In this document: piece after piece, positions 15,712 to 24,696 of the stretch
Numbering within the stretch: the stretch's first letter is position 1
How the letters are laid out: each line of letters opens with the position of its first letter
Source of the DNA: Actinomycetota bacterium
GTDB lineage: Bacteria; Actinomycetota; Nitriliruptoria; Nitriliruptorales; JAHWKO01
Direction of reading: 5' to 3'
Assembly (NCBI GenBank): GCA_019347675.1
Contig: JAHWKW010000001.1
Span: 168,958-232,957 of the forward strand
DNA length: 64,000 nt
Notes under the pieces: model-generated
Database searches by the model: none
The model's input: the letters and a program-made list of their open reading frames with translations, nothing else
What the model was told of the DNA's origin: nothing
Position numbers and translations under genes: made by a program

Positions 15712-16026
15712 GTGGGCGCGTGGGTGGCGGTCGGGGTGGCGGTCGGCGTGGCCTACGTCGCGGTCCTGGTCGCGCTGCTCGCGGGGGGCCGGGCGACGCG
15801 TCGGGGACCGCACCCTCCGGACTGGCTGGTCCCCACTCCAGTGGAGGTCCGCCGGATCCGTTTCCCGCTGGCGTGGCGCGGCTACGACCCCGAGCACGTC
15901 GATGTCCACCTCGACGCGCTCGCCGCCGCCTACGAGGAGCTGTACGCCGCAGCAGGACCGTCGGTCGTGGCCCAGGCACGGCAGCGGCTGGCGGTCCGGC
16001 TGGACGTCGACGACCGCTCACCCTGA
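15712..16026 (+). CDS. Small membrane protein with a DivIVA-type domain
   Basis: N-terminal TM helix (AWVAVGVAVGVAYVAVLVALLAG), then VRRIRFPLAWRGYDPEHVDVHLDALAAAYEEL. A GGAGG SD lies 5 nt before GTG 15712. Confidence 0.7.
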   Translation: MGAWVAVGVAVGVAYVAVLVALLAGGRATRRGPHPPDWLVPTPVEVRRIRFPLAWRGYDPEHVDVHLDALAAAYEELYAAAGPSVVAQARQRLAVRLDVDDRSP

Positions 16027-16045
16027 TCGGCGTCCCGATGCGGGG

Positions 16046-16639
16046 CTACCGGTGCTGGGCGACGTAGCGCTGGGCGGGGTTGTCGCCGCCCTCCAGCGTC
16101 ACGGTCGCGCCCCAGTACTCCCGCTGGCCAGGGTCCGGGTTGAACGCGAAGTGATCGAGATCGTGCACGACGCGGTGGGCGAGCTGCAGCGCCTCCGGGT
16201 CGCCGCGTTCGGCGCCGATCTGCAGCAGGGTCGCGACCGTCTCGAGGTCCCGGCTGATGGCGGGGTCGTCGACGCGGATCGCCACCTCGCGCAGCTGCCC
16301 GGCGATCGGGCCGGCGGTCTGCCGGCGGAAATTGCCGTGATCCAGCGAGCCGATCGCGCCGTAGCCGAGGTCGGCGTTGAGCTGTTGGTGTGCACGGGCG
16401 ACCGCACCACGCACCGCGTCGAGCTCGTCGCGCGGGACCGCGGCCTGGACGCGTTCCGCGGCCTGTTCGATCCGTTGCCGGTCGGGCGGTTCGAGGGTGT
16501 CTCGCACGAGGCGCCAACCGCCGTACGCCAGCGCCGCCAGCGCCGCCAGCGCGGCCAACACCGCAGCCAAAGCGGCCAGCCGTCGTCGCCAAACCCGACC
16601 GCCCCCCGCTGTGGTCACGGCGCTGTCGGGGCGTGACAC
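16046..16639 (-). CDS. Hypothetical membrane-anchored protein
   Basis: Track ORF with a single TM (LAALAAVLAALAALAALAYGGW) and protein-like composition. No recognised family. Confidence 0.6.
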   Translation of the reverse strand: MSRPDSAVTTAGGGRVWRRRLAALAAVLAALAALAALAYGGWRLVRDTLEPPDRQRIEQAAERVQAAVPRDELDAVRGAVARAHQQLNADLGYGAIGSLDHGNFRRQTAGPIAGQLREVAIRVDDPAISRDLETVATLLQIGAERGDPEALQLAHRVVHDLDHFAFNPDPGQREYWGATVTLEGGDNPAQRYVAQHR

Positions 16640-16657
16640 GTCAGGCGGCGTGACACG

Positions 16658-17428
16658 TCAGGTCAGGAACTCGAGGACGGCTGCGGCGAGCGTGCCGGGG
16701 TCTTCGATCGGCACCCAGTGCCCGACGTGCGGGATGACCCGCACGCGGCACACGGGGATGTCGCGACGCAGCTCCTCGGCCATCGCCAGCGGCGTGGAGC
16801 GGTCATGCGCGCCGACCACCGCGAGGGTCGGTTGGCCGATCTCCGTGCGGGGGATCTGCGGCGCCTTGACCAGTGCCCGGCAGGACTTGGCGTACATCAC
16901 CGGGTCGTTGCGCACGAACATCTCCCGGAGCAAGCCGACCGCGCCGGGCATGGTGGCGTGGGTCTGTGCGGAGACGGCCCCATCGAGCCAGGCGTCCACC
17001 ACGGCATCCATCCCGTCGCGCTCGACGATGTCCGCCCGGTCGCGGTACGCATCGGACGTCGGCGGCTGGAAGTACGAGATGCCGCCCACCAGCACCATCT
17101 CGTCACAGATGTCCGGGTCGCTGTGCGCCAGATGCTGGACGATCAGGCTGCCGAGCGAGTGGCCGACCAGGGTCACTGCGGTGAGGTCCAGGTGACGGAT
17201 CAGGCCACGCAGGTCGTTGGCCCACCCATCGATGCTGAAGCGGCCCTTGCCATCGGAGCGGCCGTGACCGCGCAGGTCGAGCGCGACCACGTGGTGGTGC
17301 TGCTGCAGGGCCTGCATGACGCCGTGCCAGACGCTGGCGGTCCCGCCGAGCCCGTGGACGAGCACGACCGGCGGTCCCTCACCGTAGCTAAGGTAGTGCA
17401 GCGTGCAGCCGTCGATCTCGGCGAACAT
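16658..17428 (-). CDS. Alpha/beta hydrolase (3-oxoadipate enol-lactonase-like)
   Basis: VVLVHGLGGTASVW...LDLRGHGRSD...LVGHSLGSLI...GAHDRSTP...IPHVGHWVPIEDP. ATG 17428 is chosen (AGGGA SD). Confidence 0.85.
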   Translation of the reverse strand: MFAEIDGCTLHYLSYGEGPPVVLVHGLGGTASVWHGVMQALQQHHHVVALDLRGHGRSDGKGRFSIDGWANDLRGLIRHLDLTAVTLVGHSLGSLIVQHLAHSDPDICDEMVLVGGISYFQPPTSDAYRDRADIVERDGMDAVVDAWLDGAVSAQTHATMPGAVGLLREMFVRNDPVMYAKSCRALVKAPQIPRTEIGQPTLAVVGAHDRSTPLAMAEELRRDIPVCRVRVIPHVGHWVPIEDPGTLAAAVLEFLT

Positions 17429-17542
17429 CGTGGTCCCTGTCGGTGTCACCGGCCGGGCAACCGCCCGCGGTGTGGCGTCGGCCGGCCGGGATGTTGAGGA
17501 CCGAGCCTAGCGACGGTCGGAGCGACGACGCGGAGGCAGCTG

Positions 17543-18016
17543 TTGCGGGTCGCAGTCAGCCGGGAGCTGGCCGCGCCGCCGAGCGTGGTGTGGCAGGTGC
17601 TCACCGACTGGGAGCGTCAGGCCGAGTGGATGGTCGATGCGCGTGCGGTGCACGTCACCGGAGACCGACGCCAGGGGACGGGCGTGGAGCTGCGCGTCCC
17701 GACCCGGATCGTGGGCCTGACGGTGCAGGACACGATGCGGGTCACCGTGTGGGAGCCGCCACGCATGCTCGAGGTCCGGCACACCGGTCGCCTGATCAGC
17801 GGCGTCGGCGCGTTCGTCCTGGAGCCGGCCGACGGTGGCACGCACCTGGTGTGGTGGGAGGAGGTCGATCCGCCGTTGGGTGCGTTGGGGGATCTTGGCG
17901 CATCCCTGGTCGTGCGCCCGTACCTGGTGCGGCTGTTCGGACGGAGCCTGGACGCCTTCGCCCGGATCTGCCAACGGGAGGCCCACCGCCGGGACGAGGT
18001 GCGCCGCGATGGGTGA
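17543..18016 (+). CDS. SRPBCC (polyketide cyclase/dehydrase-like) family protein
   Basis: VSRELAAPPSVVWQVLTDWERQAEWM... is typical of the family. TTG start with a GGAGG SD. Confidence 0.75.
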   Translation: MRVAVSRELAAPPSVVWQVLTDWERQAEWMVDARAVHVTGDRRQGTGVELRVPTRIVGLTVQDTMRVTVWEPPRMLEVRHTGRLISGVGAFVLEPADGGTHLVWWEEVDPPLGALGDLGASLVVRPYLVRLFGRSLDAFARICQREAHRRDEVRRDG

Positions 18017-19127
18017 GGCGCTCGACGCCAAAGACGCGACCCGCTTCCGTGAGTTCTGGGAAGACGAGCTGCGGGCGGCGGACCTGTACCGGCGTCTCGC
18101 TGAGCACGCGGGCGACCGACGCGACGTCTTCCTCGCCCTGGCCGAGACCGAAGAGCGCCACGCCGCCCACTGGGCCGAGCTGCTGTCGGAAGCCGGCGTG
18201 GACGACCTGCGCCGGCCTCGGCCGGACCTGCGGACCCGGTTGCTGGTCCTCGTCGCTCGCCGCTTCGGCATCCACGCTGTCCTCCCGATCGTGATCCGTG
18301 CAGAGGCCACCGACGCCGACAAGTACCGGACGGTGGCGCATGCTCCCGAAGCGATGTCGCAGGAGGAGATCGCTCACGGCCGCGTCCTGGCGGCGGTCGG
18401 AGGCGTGTCCACCGCAGGTGGCCGCATCGCCACGTCCGAGGGTCGCCACCGGACCGGCGCGGGCGGGGCGTTGCGCGCTGCCGTGTTCGGCGTCAACGAC
18501 GGTCTCGTTTCGAACTTCTCGCTGGTGATGGGAGTCGCCGGTGGGACGCAGGACAACCGCGTCATCCTGCTGGCGGGGGTGGCCGGCCTGTTCGCCGGCG
18601 CTTTCTCGATGGGGACGGGCGAGTGGATCTCCGTGCGCTCCCAGACCGAGCTGTACCAGCGCGAGATCGCCATCGAACGCGAGGAGCTGCGCCGGTGGCC
18701 GGAGGAGGAGCAGGCAGAGCTCGCCCTGATCTTCCGCGCCAAGGGCATGGCGCACGCCGAGGCCGAAGCGGTCGCCGCGCGGATCATGTCCGACCCCGAC
18801 GCCGCGCTGGACACGCTGGCCCGCGAGGAGCTGGGCGTCGACCCGGAGGATCTCGCGTCACCGTGGGTGGCCGCGATCTCGTCGTTCGTGTCGTTCGCGC
18901 TGGGCGCAGCCGTCCCGGTCGTCCCGTTCCTCATCAGCGCCGGCGTGGCGGCCCTGGTCGCGGCGGCGGCGCTGTCCGCCGCTGCGCTCCTCACGGTCGG
19001 AGCGTCGCTGTCGATCTTCACCGGACGAGGAGCGGCCTTGTCTGGCGGACGTATGGTCGGCGTCGGTGTCCTGGCCGCCGCCGCCACCTACCTGATCGGC
19101 ACGCTCTTCGGGGTCGCGGTGGGTTGA
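18009..19127 (+). CDS. VIT1/CCC1-family iron/manganese transporter with an N-terminal ferritin/rubrerythrin-like domain
   Basis: ETEERHAAHWAELL, then LRAAVFGVNDGLVSNFSLVMGVAG...GAFSMGTGEWISVRSQ...YQREIAIEREEL plus C-terminal TM helices. ATG 18009 overlaps the upstream stop. Confidence 0.85.
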   Translation: MGEALDAKDATRFREFWEDELRAADLYRRLAEHAGDRRDVFLALAETEERHAAHWAELLSEAGVDDLRRPRPDLRTRLLVLVARRFGIHAVLPIVIRAEATDADKYRTVAHAPEAMSQEEIAHGRVLAAVGGVSTAGGRIATSEGRHRTGAGGALRAAVFGVNDGLVSNFSLVMGVAGGTQDNRVILLAGVAGLFAGAFSMGTGEWISVRSQTELYQREIAIEREELRRWPEEEQAELALIFRAKGMAHAEAEAVAARIMSDPDAALDTLAREELGVDPEDLASPWVAAISSFVSFALGAAVPVVPFLISAGVAALVAAAALSAAALLTVGASLSIFTGRGAALSGGRMVGVGVLAAAATYLIGTLFGVAVG

Positions 19128-19210
19128 CCGGCCGCGGTGCGGGTGCCGGCCCCTGGACGAGCAACTAGCGTCCGACGTCGCGGCCGCTGGAGGCGGGGAG
19201 AGGGCCGACC

Positions 19211-19522
19211 GTGTCGGATGACCAGCAGCGCACCCGTGTGGTCTCCGTGTACCTGACCGAGGACGAGTGGCAGGGCTGGGAGCGACGCCGGCAGGCGGCC
19301 GGGCACGACGACCTCGGCGACTGGGTGCGCGCTGTGGTGCGCGTGGCCGCGGGGCAGGTGCCGACCGTCACCGACGATGCCCGTCGCGAGCTGGCGCGCC
19401 TCGGCGACCACCTCAGCCAGATGGCGCGCTACTTGCACGTGTCGGGGCAGGTCCCCGCCGGGCTGGATGACACGCTGGCCGAGGTCCGCCGCGCCGCTGC
19501 CGCGCTTGCCACGCACCGCTGA
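19211..19522 (+). CDS. MobC-like / ribbon-helix-helix small protein (103 aa)
   Basis: RTRVVSVYLTEDEWQGWERR (RHH-like), then ELARLGDHLSQMARYLHVSG, which resembles the MobC motif (L..iGnNlNQiAr.lN). Family assignment is from memory. Confidence 0.5.
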   Translation: MSDDQQRTRVVSVYLTEDEWQGWERRRQAAGHDDLGDWVRAVVRVAAGQVPTVTDDARRELARLGDHLSQMARYLHVSGQVPAGLDDTLAEVRRAAAALATHR

Positions 19523-19523
19523 C

Positions 19524-20558
19524 GTGCGTCGCGGCGGGGCCTGGGCGACGTTGGCCGGTGCCGTCCTGGTGGTGGCGTGCGCACGCGGTTCGGATCCGGC
19601 GCCGCCGCCGTCCTCGCCGACCGCAGCCGCGCCGACCGCGGCAACGGCGACCGACGCGCAGACCGCGCCGCAGGCCGGCGGCTGGGAGCGCCTGGTGGCC
19701 GCACCGTCGCGGCGCACGGAGGTGACGGCCGCCACCGACGGGGAAGAGATCGTGGTGGTCGGCGGGTTCGTGGAGGGCGGTGACACCGTCCCCACGGTGG
19801 AGATCTTCGACCCGCGGGCTGGCGCCTGGCGCAACGGTCCCGACCTGCCTGTCAGCGTCAACCACGCCATGTCCACCGGCCTGGACGGCTCCGTCTACGT
19901 CCTCGGCGGTTACCTCGGCCCCGGCCTCGCGCGCCCCTCGGATCGGGCGTTCCGGCTGCACGAGGGCGCCTGGCAGGAGCTTCCTCGTCTTCCCGAACCT
20001 CGTGCCGCCGGCGGGGCGGCGGCGGTGGCCGGCGAGGTGTACGTCGCCGGCGGGGTGGGCCGGAACGGTCTGGCGGACACCCTGCTGATCTTCGATCCGG
20101 GCACCGGTTCATGGCGCACGGCGCCGGGGCCTCCCACCCTCCGTGAGCACCTGGGGGTCGCAGCGACCGAGGACCGGCTGTTCGTGGTTGGAGGACGCAC
20201 CGGCGGGATCGGAACGAACCTGGCCGCCGCAGAGGAGTTCGACGCGCAAGCCGGCGAGTGGCGGCGGTTACCGGACCTGCCGACCGCGCGAGGCGGGATC
20301 GGCGCGGCCGGCACGGACACAGGCTTCGTGCTCGCTGCGGGCGGGGAGGACGCCAGCGGGACGTTCGCCGACGCCGAGGCGTTCGACGTGCGTGAGGGTC
20401 GCTGGCGGGTCCTGCCACCGCTGCCGACCGCTCGCCACGGGCTGGGCGTGGTGGCGATCGGCGTGCGGGTCTACACCATCGCAGGCGGCCCCGATCCCGG
20501 CTACGCGTTCTCCGACGCGGTGGAGGTGATCGAGCTGCGCCGCGAGCCGACGGCGTGA
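19524..20558 (+). CDS. Kelch-repeat (beta-propeller) lipoprotein
   Basis: Signal/lipobox LAGAVLVVAC, then 5-6 repeats of the type VVGG...E.FDP..G.W..LP.LP..R. GTG 19524 lies 2 nt after the upstream stop. Confidence 0.8.
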   Translation: MRRGGAWATLAGAVLVVACARGSDPAPPPSSPTAAAPTAATATDAQTAPQAGGWERLVAAPSRRTEVTAATDGEEIVVVGGFVEGGDTVPTVEIFDPRAGAWRNGPDLPVSVNHAMSTGLDGSVYVLGGYLGPGLARPSDRAFRLHEGAWQELPRLPEPRAAGGAAAVAGEVYVAGGVGRNGLADTLLIFDPGTGSWRTAPGPPTLREHLGVAATEDRLFVVGGRTGGIGTNLAAAEEFDAQAGEWRRLPDLPTARGGIGAAGTDTGFVLAAGGEDASGTFADAEAFDVREGRWRVLPPLPTARHGLGVVAIGVRVYTIAGGPDPGYAFSDAVEVIELRREPTA

Positions 20559-21061
20559 TGCGGTGGGCCGCAGTCGTCGCGGCCGCCGCGCTGCTGTCGG
20601 GCGGGTGCGGGACCCAGGCCGTGCAGCGCGCCCCGGTGGCACCCGACGACGGCATCCAACTGACCGGCACGCTCGGCGGACGACAGATCCACGTCTCCGA
20701 CGGCGAGCCCGAGGTGGTGCTCGGCGACTGCGATCCCAACGACGGTGTGGACGAGGACCTGTGCATGGTGACGTTCTCGATCGACGGCGCCCCGCTGGCG
20801 CTGGTCATCGACAACCCGGCGGCGCTCGCGGCCGGGGAGCGGTTGCCGGTCGTCGCACCAGCCGGCGCCGGCTGCCTGCCCCACTGCGACGATCTGACCG
20901 GCGGGGTGGTGATCGAGGTCCGTCGCGGCCAGCAGCGCCAGTTCGCGACGTCCGGTTCAGTCGTGGTCCGCGAAGCCGACCCGCGGTACGCGGCGACGTT
21001 CGCGCTGGGGTTCGGCAAGGGTCGGGTGACCGGCGCCTTCAACGTCCGCCCCGACGCCTGA
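20555..21061 (+). CDS. Putative secreted/lipoprotein, unknown function
   Basis: Signal peptide MMRWAAVVAAAALLSGGCG. The start overlaps the Kelch gene stop (GTGATG). Confidence 0.6.
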   Translation: MMRWAAVVAAAALLSGGCGTQAVQRAPVAPDDGIQLTGTLGGRQIHVSDGEPEVVLGDCDPNDGVDEDLCMVTFSIDGAPLALVIDNPAALAAGERLPVVAPAGAGCLPHCDDLTGGVVIEVRRGQQRQFATSGSVVVREADPRYAATFALGFGKGRVTGAFNVRPDA

Positions 21062-21205
21062 ACAGCCGGACGCCCTGTCGACGTCCGCAGAGCGGACGAT
21101 CCTCGCCGCAGCCTTGACCGGCCCCCGTGCATCGGCGAGGATGCCGCGCCACCTGAACGGCCTTCGCGGAACCGGTCGGCGAGGTCGAGGTGCCTCTGGA
21201 GCCTG

Positions 21206-21235
21206 CCCGGTTGCCAGAAACCCGGTTGCCAGAAC
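21206..21235. repeat. Direct tandem repeat, 2 x 15 bp (cccggttgccagaaa / cccggttgccagaac), in the 5' region of the AI-2E transporter gene
   Basis: Direct reading; 14 of 15 positions are identical. Confidence 0.9.
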
Positions 21236-21332
21236 AGCCTCCGACGACGGCGATACAGGAGCAGGTCATGACCGAACAGGGCCAGGTGACGCGGGCGCCG
21301 TACCACCAGCACCGACCAGGTGCTCACGGTCT

Positions 21333-22607
21333 GTGGGCGACAGGACCTCGCGCGAGTGGACCGGCGCCGCTGCCCTGACCGACCGCCGCGGCGGCCACCG
21401 GATCGTGGCACACGACCCGTCAGCGGACCCCGTCCCGGCTTGGCTCAGCACTTCCGCGGCGGTCGGCGGGCGCCTGCTGGTGGTGGCGGCGGGCGCGGCG
21501 CTGGCGCTGGCGATCTTCGCACGTCTGTACCTGGCAACGGCTCCGGTCGTCATCGCGCTGTTCCTCGCCACGCTCGCGGTTCCGGCCGCCCGCTGGATGG
21601 AGCGGGTGGGCCTGCCCCGCACCTCGGCGGCGGCCGCCACCGTCCTCGGCGGGATAGTGGTCATCGCGGGTCTGATCGGCGTGGCGATCCCGCTGTTCAT
21701 GTCCCAGATGGGACAGCTCGGCCAGCAGGTCCAGCAGGGCTGGGAGTCCATCCTGCAGTGGCTTCAGGGCTCGCCGCTGCCGGTCTCCGCCGACCAGCTC
21801 CGGCAGCTCGTCGACCGAGCGGCGCAGCAGGCCCGGGACAACGCCGGCCGGATCCTGACCGGGGCGTTCACCGGCCTGGCGCTGGTCGCCGAGATCATGA
21901 CGATATTGGTGCTCAGCCTGATCGTGCTGTTCTTCTTCGTCAAAGACAGCGAACCGATCGCCGGGTGGATCCTGCGCCAGGTCCCGGATGGGCGGCGCGC
22001 CACGGTGCAGCGTGCCGCAGAACGTGCGTGGGCCACGCTGACCGGCTACACGCACGGCGTGGTGATCGTGGCGGCGGTCGACGCGATCGCGGTCGGCCTG
22101 GGGCTCGTCCTGATCGGTGTGCCGCTGGTCCTGCCGTTGATGCTGCTGACGTTCTTCGGTGGCTTCATCCCGATCGTCGGTGCGTTCGCGGCCGGGCTGG
22201 TCGCGGTGCTGGTCGCAGTCGTCAGCGGCGGGCCGGTCGACGCACTGCTGGTGCTCGTCCTGTTCGTCGCCGTGCAGCAGATCGAGGGCAACTTCCTGCA
22301 GCCGGTGGTGATGGGGCGAGCGGTCCAGCTGCATCCGGTCGTGATCCTGCTGGCGCTCACCGCCGGGGCGACCATCGCTGGCATCGCCGGCGCGTTCCTG
22401 GCTGTCCCGGTCACGGCCGTCCTCGCGGCCGTCGGGAACGAGGTGCGCTCGGGCAGCGACCACGACAGCAGCGATCCAGGCTCTCAGCGTGCTGGACGTG
22501 AGGCGGCGAGCGCCGAGCCGGACCCGGACGACGCCGAGCCGCGCCCCGCGAACGAGGCCGAGGACGGCGCGTCGTCGTCGCAGCGGCCCGCCGCGGACCA
22601 GTCCTAA
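21333..22607 (+). CDS. AI-2E family transporter (PerM/YhhT-like permease)
   Basis: FFFVKDSEPI...GYTHGVVIVAAVDAI...FGGFIPIVGAF...VQQIEGNFLQPVVMG...LHPVVILLAL. In this frame GC3 becomes gene-like only from about 21333 (GTG). The track ORF opens at 21114. The start is uncertain. Confidence 0.85.
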   Translation: MGDRTSREWTGAAALTDRRGGHRIVAHDPSADPVPAWLSTSAAVGGRLLVVAAGAALALAIFARLYLATAPVVIALFLATLAVPAARWMERVGLPRTSAAAATVLGGIVVIAGLIGVAIPLFMSQMGQLGQQVQQGWESILQWLQGSPLPVSADQLRQLVDRAAQQARDNAGRILTGAFTGLALVAEIMTILVLSLIVLFFFVKDSEPIAGWILRQVPDGRRATVQRAAERAWATLTGYTHGVVIVAAVDAIAVGLGLVLIGVPLVLPLMLLTFFGGFIPIVGAFAAGLVAVLVAVVSGGPVDALLVLVLFVAVQQIEGNFLQPVVMGRAVQLHPVVILLALTAGATIAGIAGAFLAVPVTAVLAAVGNEVRSGSDHDSSDPGSQRAGREAASAEPDPDDAEPRPANEAEDGASSSQRPAADQS

Positions 22608-22749
22608 GGCAGCGCGTCGTCGTCGCAGCGTCCGCGGAACGCGACCCGATCGGCTGGCTACCCGGCGTCCGCCTCGACGTGGATGACCGGAGGATCGGAG
22701 CGGGCGACCTCCCCGTCGACGTCCACGCCGATCCTGTTGCGACCGTCGG

Positions 22750-24129
22750 GTGACGTCCAGGTGCGGAGCCCAGGTCCCTCGCGATGGTCAGCCAGCGTCC
22801 CGTGCCCGCACGGGCGTCGCCGCCTCCGCGGGAGCACTGATCGTCTTCCTTGCATGGTGGGCCGGTTGGTTCCCCGGGTTCCTCTCACCCGACTCGCTTG
22901 ATCAGCTCCGCCAGGTCGACACCGTTGAGTTCAACGACGTTCATCCGGCGTCACACACTTTCCTGATCTGGGCGATCACTCGTCTGTGGGACACCCCCGG
23001 AGCTGTCACGCTTGCCCAGGCCGTGGCGATGGCTGCTGCGTTGGGCTATGTCGCCGCGCGGCTAGACGAGAGCGGCGTCGACGCACGCTTGGCGGTGGGC
23101 GCGGTATGGCTGATCGCCGCGCTGCCTCCCGTCTCACAGACAACCGTCGCGCTGTGGAAGGACGTGCCGTACACGATCGCAGTCGTGTGGCTCTTCGCAG
23201 AGTTCGTGCATCTCGGCAACGACCAGGACGCGGCTTGGTTCAGCCCCACGACAGCGTTGCGCATCGGGCTTGCTCTCGGCCTGCTGACCCTGTTCCGGCA
23301 CAACGGCATCCTTCCCGCAGCCATCGTGGCTGTGGGAATCGCCATCGCCTACCGACGCCGGCTCCGCCAGGTCTTGGTGGTTCTCGCCACCGCCGTCCTA
23401 CTTGTGGTGAGCATGCAGCTGGGCGTCTACAGGCTGGCGGACGTCGACACCACCAGGCTCTACGTCGACCCCTTCATCAGCGACGTCGCCGTGGTCTTCG
23501 ATCAGCATCCGCAGGCGTTCACCGCCGATCAGCGCGAGTACCTGACGCGCATCGCCCCGTACGAGGTGTGGGATGACCACACCTGCGACGACGTCAACCG
23601 AGTCTCCTACCATCCCGCCTTCAACAGAGGAGCTCTCCTCGAAGATCAGTCCCGGTTCGTGCGCGTCGCCCTCCACGCCGTTGCGTCACGACCACTGACC
23701 GTGGCGGCCAACCACCTGTGCAATGCCTCCTACCTTGCGATCCCCCGCCAACCCGCCGACGCGTACCTGCAGCGTCCGCCCTACGCCATCCCCGACAATG
23801 GTCTCGGGATCGCCCGGCAGCCGCTCTCCGGGGTTGCCTACCGGGTGACCCGCCACGTGTTCGTGTGGGCCGAATCGCCCAGCGTTCTCGGTGTGCTGTG
23901 GCGGCCCGCCTTGCCGCTGCTGGCCGCCGTCGCTGCTTTCATTGTCGTTGGGACACGCACACAGTGGCGGCTGCTGTGGCCCGCCCTTCTCGTTGGCGCT
24001 TTGGTCGTCAACGAGCTCCTGATCGTGATGGCGCAGGAGTTCCGGTTCGTGTTCCCGATTTACCTGACCAGCCTGCTGAGCGTTCCGCTGGCGACCGCGA
24101 CGGACAACAGCCGTCCGCCACCTGCCTGA
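22750..24129 (+). CDS. Polytopic integral membrane protein, possibly a GT-C-type glycosyltransferase
   Basis: About 10 hydrophobic segments and a periplasmic-loop-like motif FLSPDSLDQLRQ...FNDVHPASHTFLIW. GC is about 64-66 percent against about 71-72 percent in the surroundings. The functional class is a guess. Confidence 0.55.
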   Translation: MTSRCGAQVPRDGQPASRARTGVAASAGALIVFLAWWAGWFPGFLSPDSLDQLRQVDTVEFNDVHPASHTFLIWAITRLWDTPGAVTLAQAVAMAAALGYVAARLDESGVDARLAVGAVWLIAALPPVSQTTVALWKDVPYTIAVVWLFAEFVHLGNDQDAAWFSPTTALRIGLALGLLTLFRHNGILPAAIVAVGIAIAYRRRLRQVLVVLATAVLLVVSMQLGVYRLADVDTTRLYVDPFISDVAVVFDQHPQAFTADQREYLTRIAPYEVWDDHTCDDVNRVSYHPAFNRGALLEDQSRFVRVALHAVASRPLTVAANHLCNASYLAIPRQPADAYLQRPPYAIPDNGLGIARQPLSGVAYRVTRHVFVWAESPSVLGVLWRPALPLLAAVAAFIVVGTRTQWRLLWPALLVGALVVNELLIVMAQEFRFVFPIYLTSLLSVPLATATDNSRPPPA

Positions 24130-24154
24130 TCGGCCGACACCGCCCTCGGCGTGC

Positions 24155-24628
24155 TCACCGGCCCAGCAACGAGCGCAGGCGCGCGGCCAGCGACGATCTG
24201 TCTTCAGGCCGGTGGATCGCCGCTTCGCCGACCTCGACCGGGTGATCGGTGGCGACCTCATCGGCGGGGACATCCGGGGGGCTGGCGCTGGCCAGGACCA
24301 CCAGCGGATCGGCGGTGCGGTTGTCGATGGCGTGGGCCACCCCGGCGGGGACCAGCATCGCCCCGAGCGCGCCGAGCCCGAGCTCGCCTTCGTCGGTGAC
24401 GAACCAGGCGTTGCCGCCCAGGACGGTGTAGGCCACGTCGACTTCGGCGTACAGGAGCACGTCGGTGCGCTGCCAAGGCTCCAGGCACCAAAGATCGACG
24501 GTCAGCACGTCGGTGGCCAGCACCCGGACGCGCACGGCGCGCTCACGGTCGAACGCGGCGTAGTCGCGGAGATCGACCGGGCGGACGGCCGCGCTTGGAA
24601 CTGGCGAGGCGTCGCCTGACTGGCTCAT
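24155..24628 (-). CDS. Cupin-domain protein
   Basis: MSQSGD...LWCLEPWQRTDVLLYAEVDVAYTVLGGNAWFVTDEGE...MLVPAGVAHAIDN. It is an internal ATG of track ORF 24155..25114. Confidence 0.75.
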   Translation of the reverse strand: MSQSGDASPVPSAAVRPVDLRDYAAFDRERAVRVRVLATDVLTVDLWCLEPWQRTDVLLYAEVDVAYTVLGGNAWFVTDEGELGLGALGAMLVPAGVAHAIDNRTADPLVVLASASPPDVPADEVATDHPVEVGEAAIHRPEDRSSLAARLRSLLGR

Positions 24629-24696
24629 GGGCGCCCGAGCGTAGCGGCCACCGCATAGCCTCAGCGTGGATGGACCGTCGATGACAGGAGGTGGAG

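Noticed and set aside
19211-19522. MobC-like gene as evidence for an integrated plasmid or ICE
   Set aside because: The window contains no relaxase, T4SS/T4CP, integrase, flanking tRNA, direct repeats or compositional shift. I treat it as a domesticated or orphan gene.
22658-22888. A 76-aa minus-strand ORF in the gap after the AI-2E gene
   Set aside because: It has no SD, an Arg-rich composition, and overlaps the start of the plus-strand membrane protein. There is not enough support to call it.
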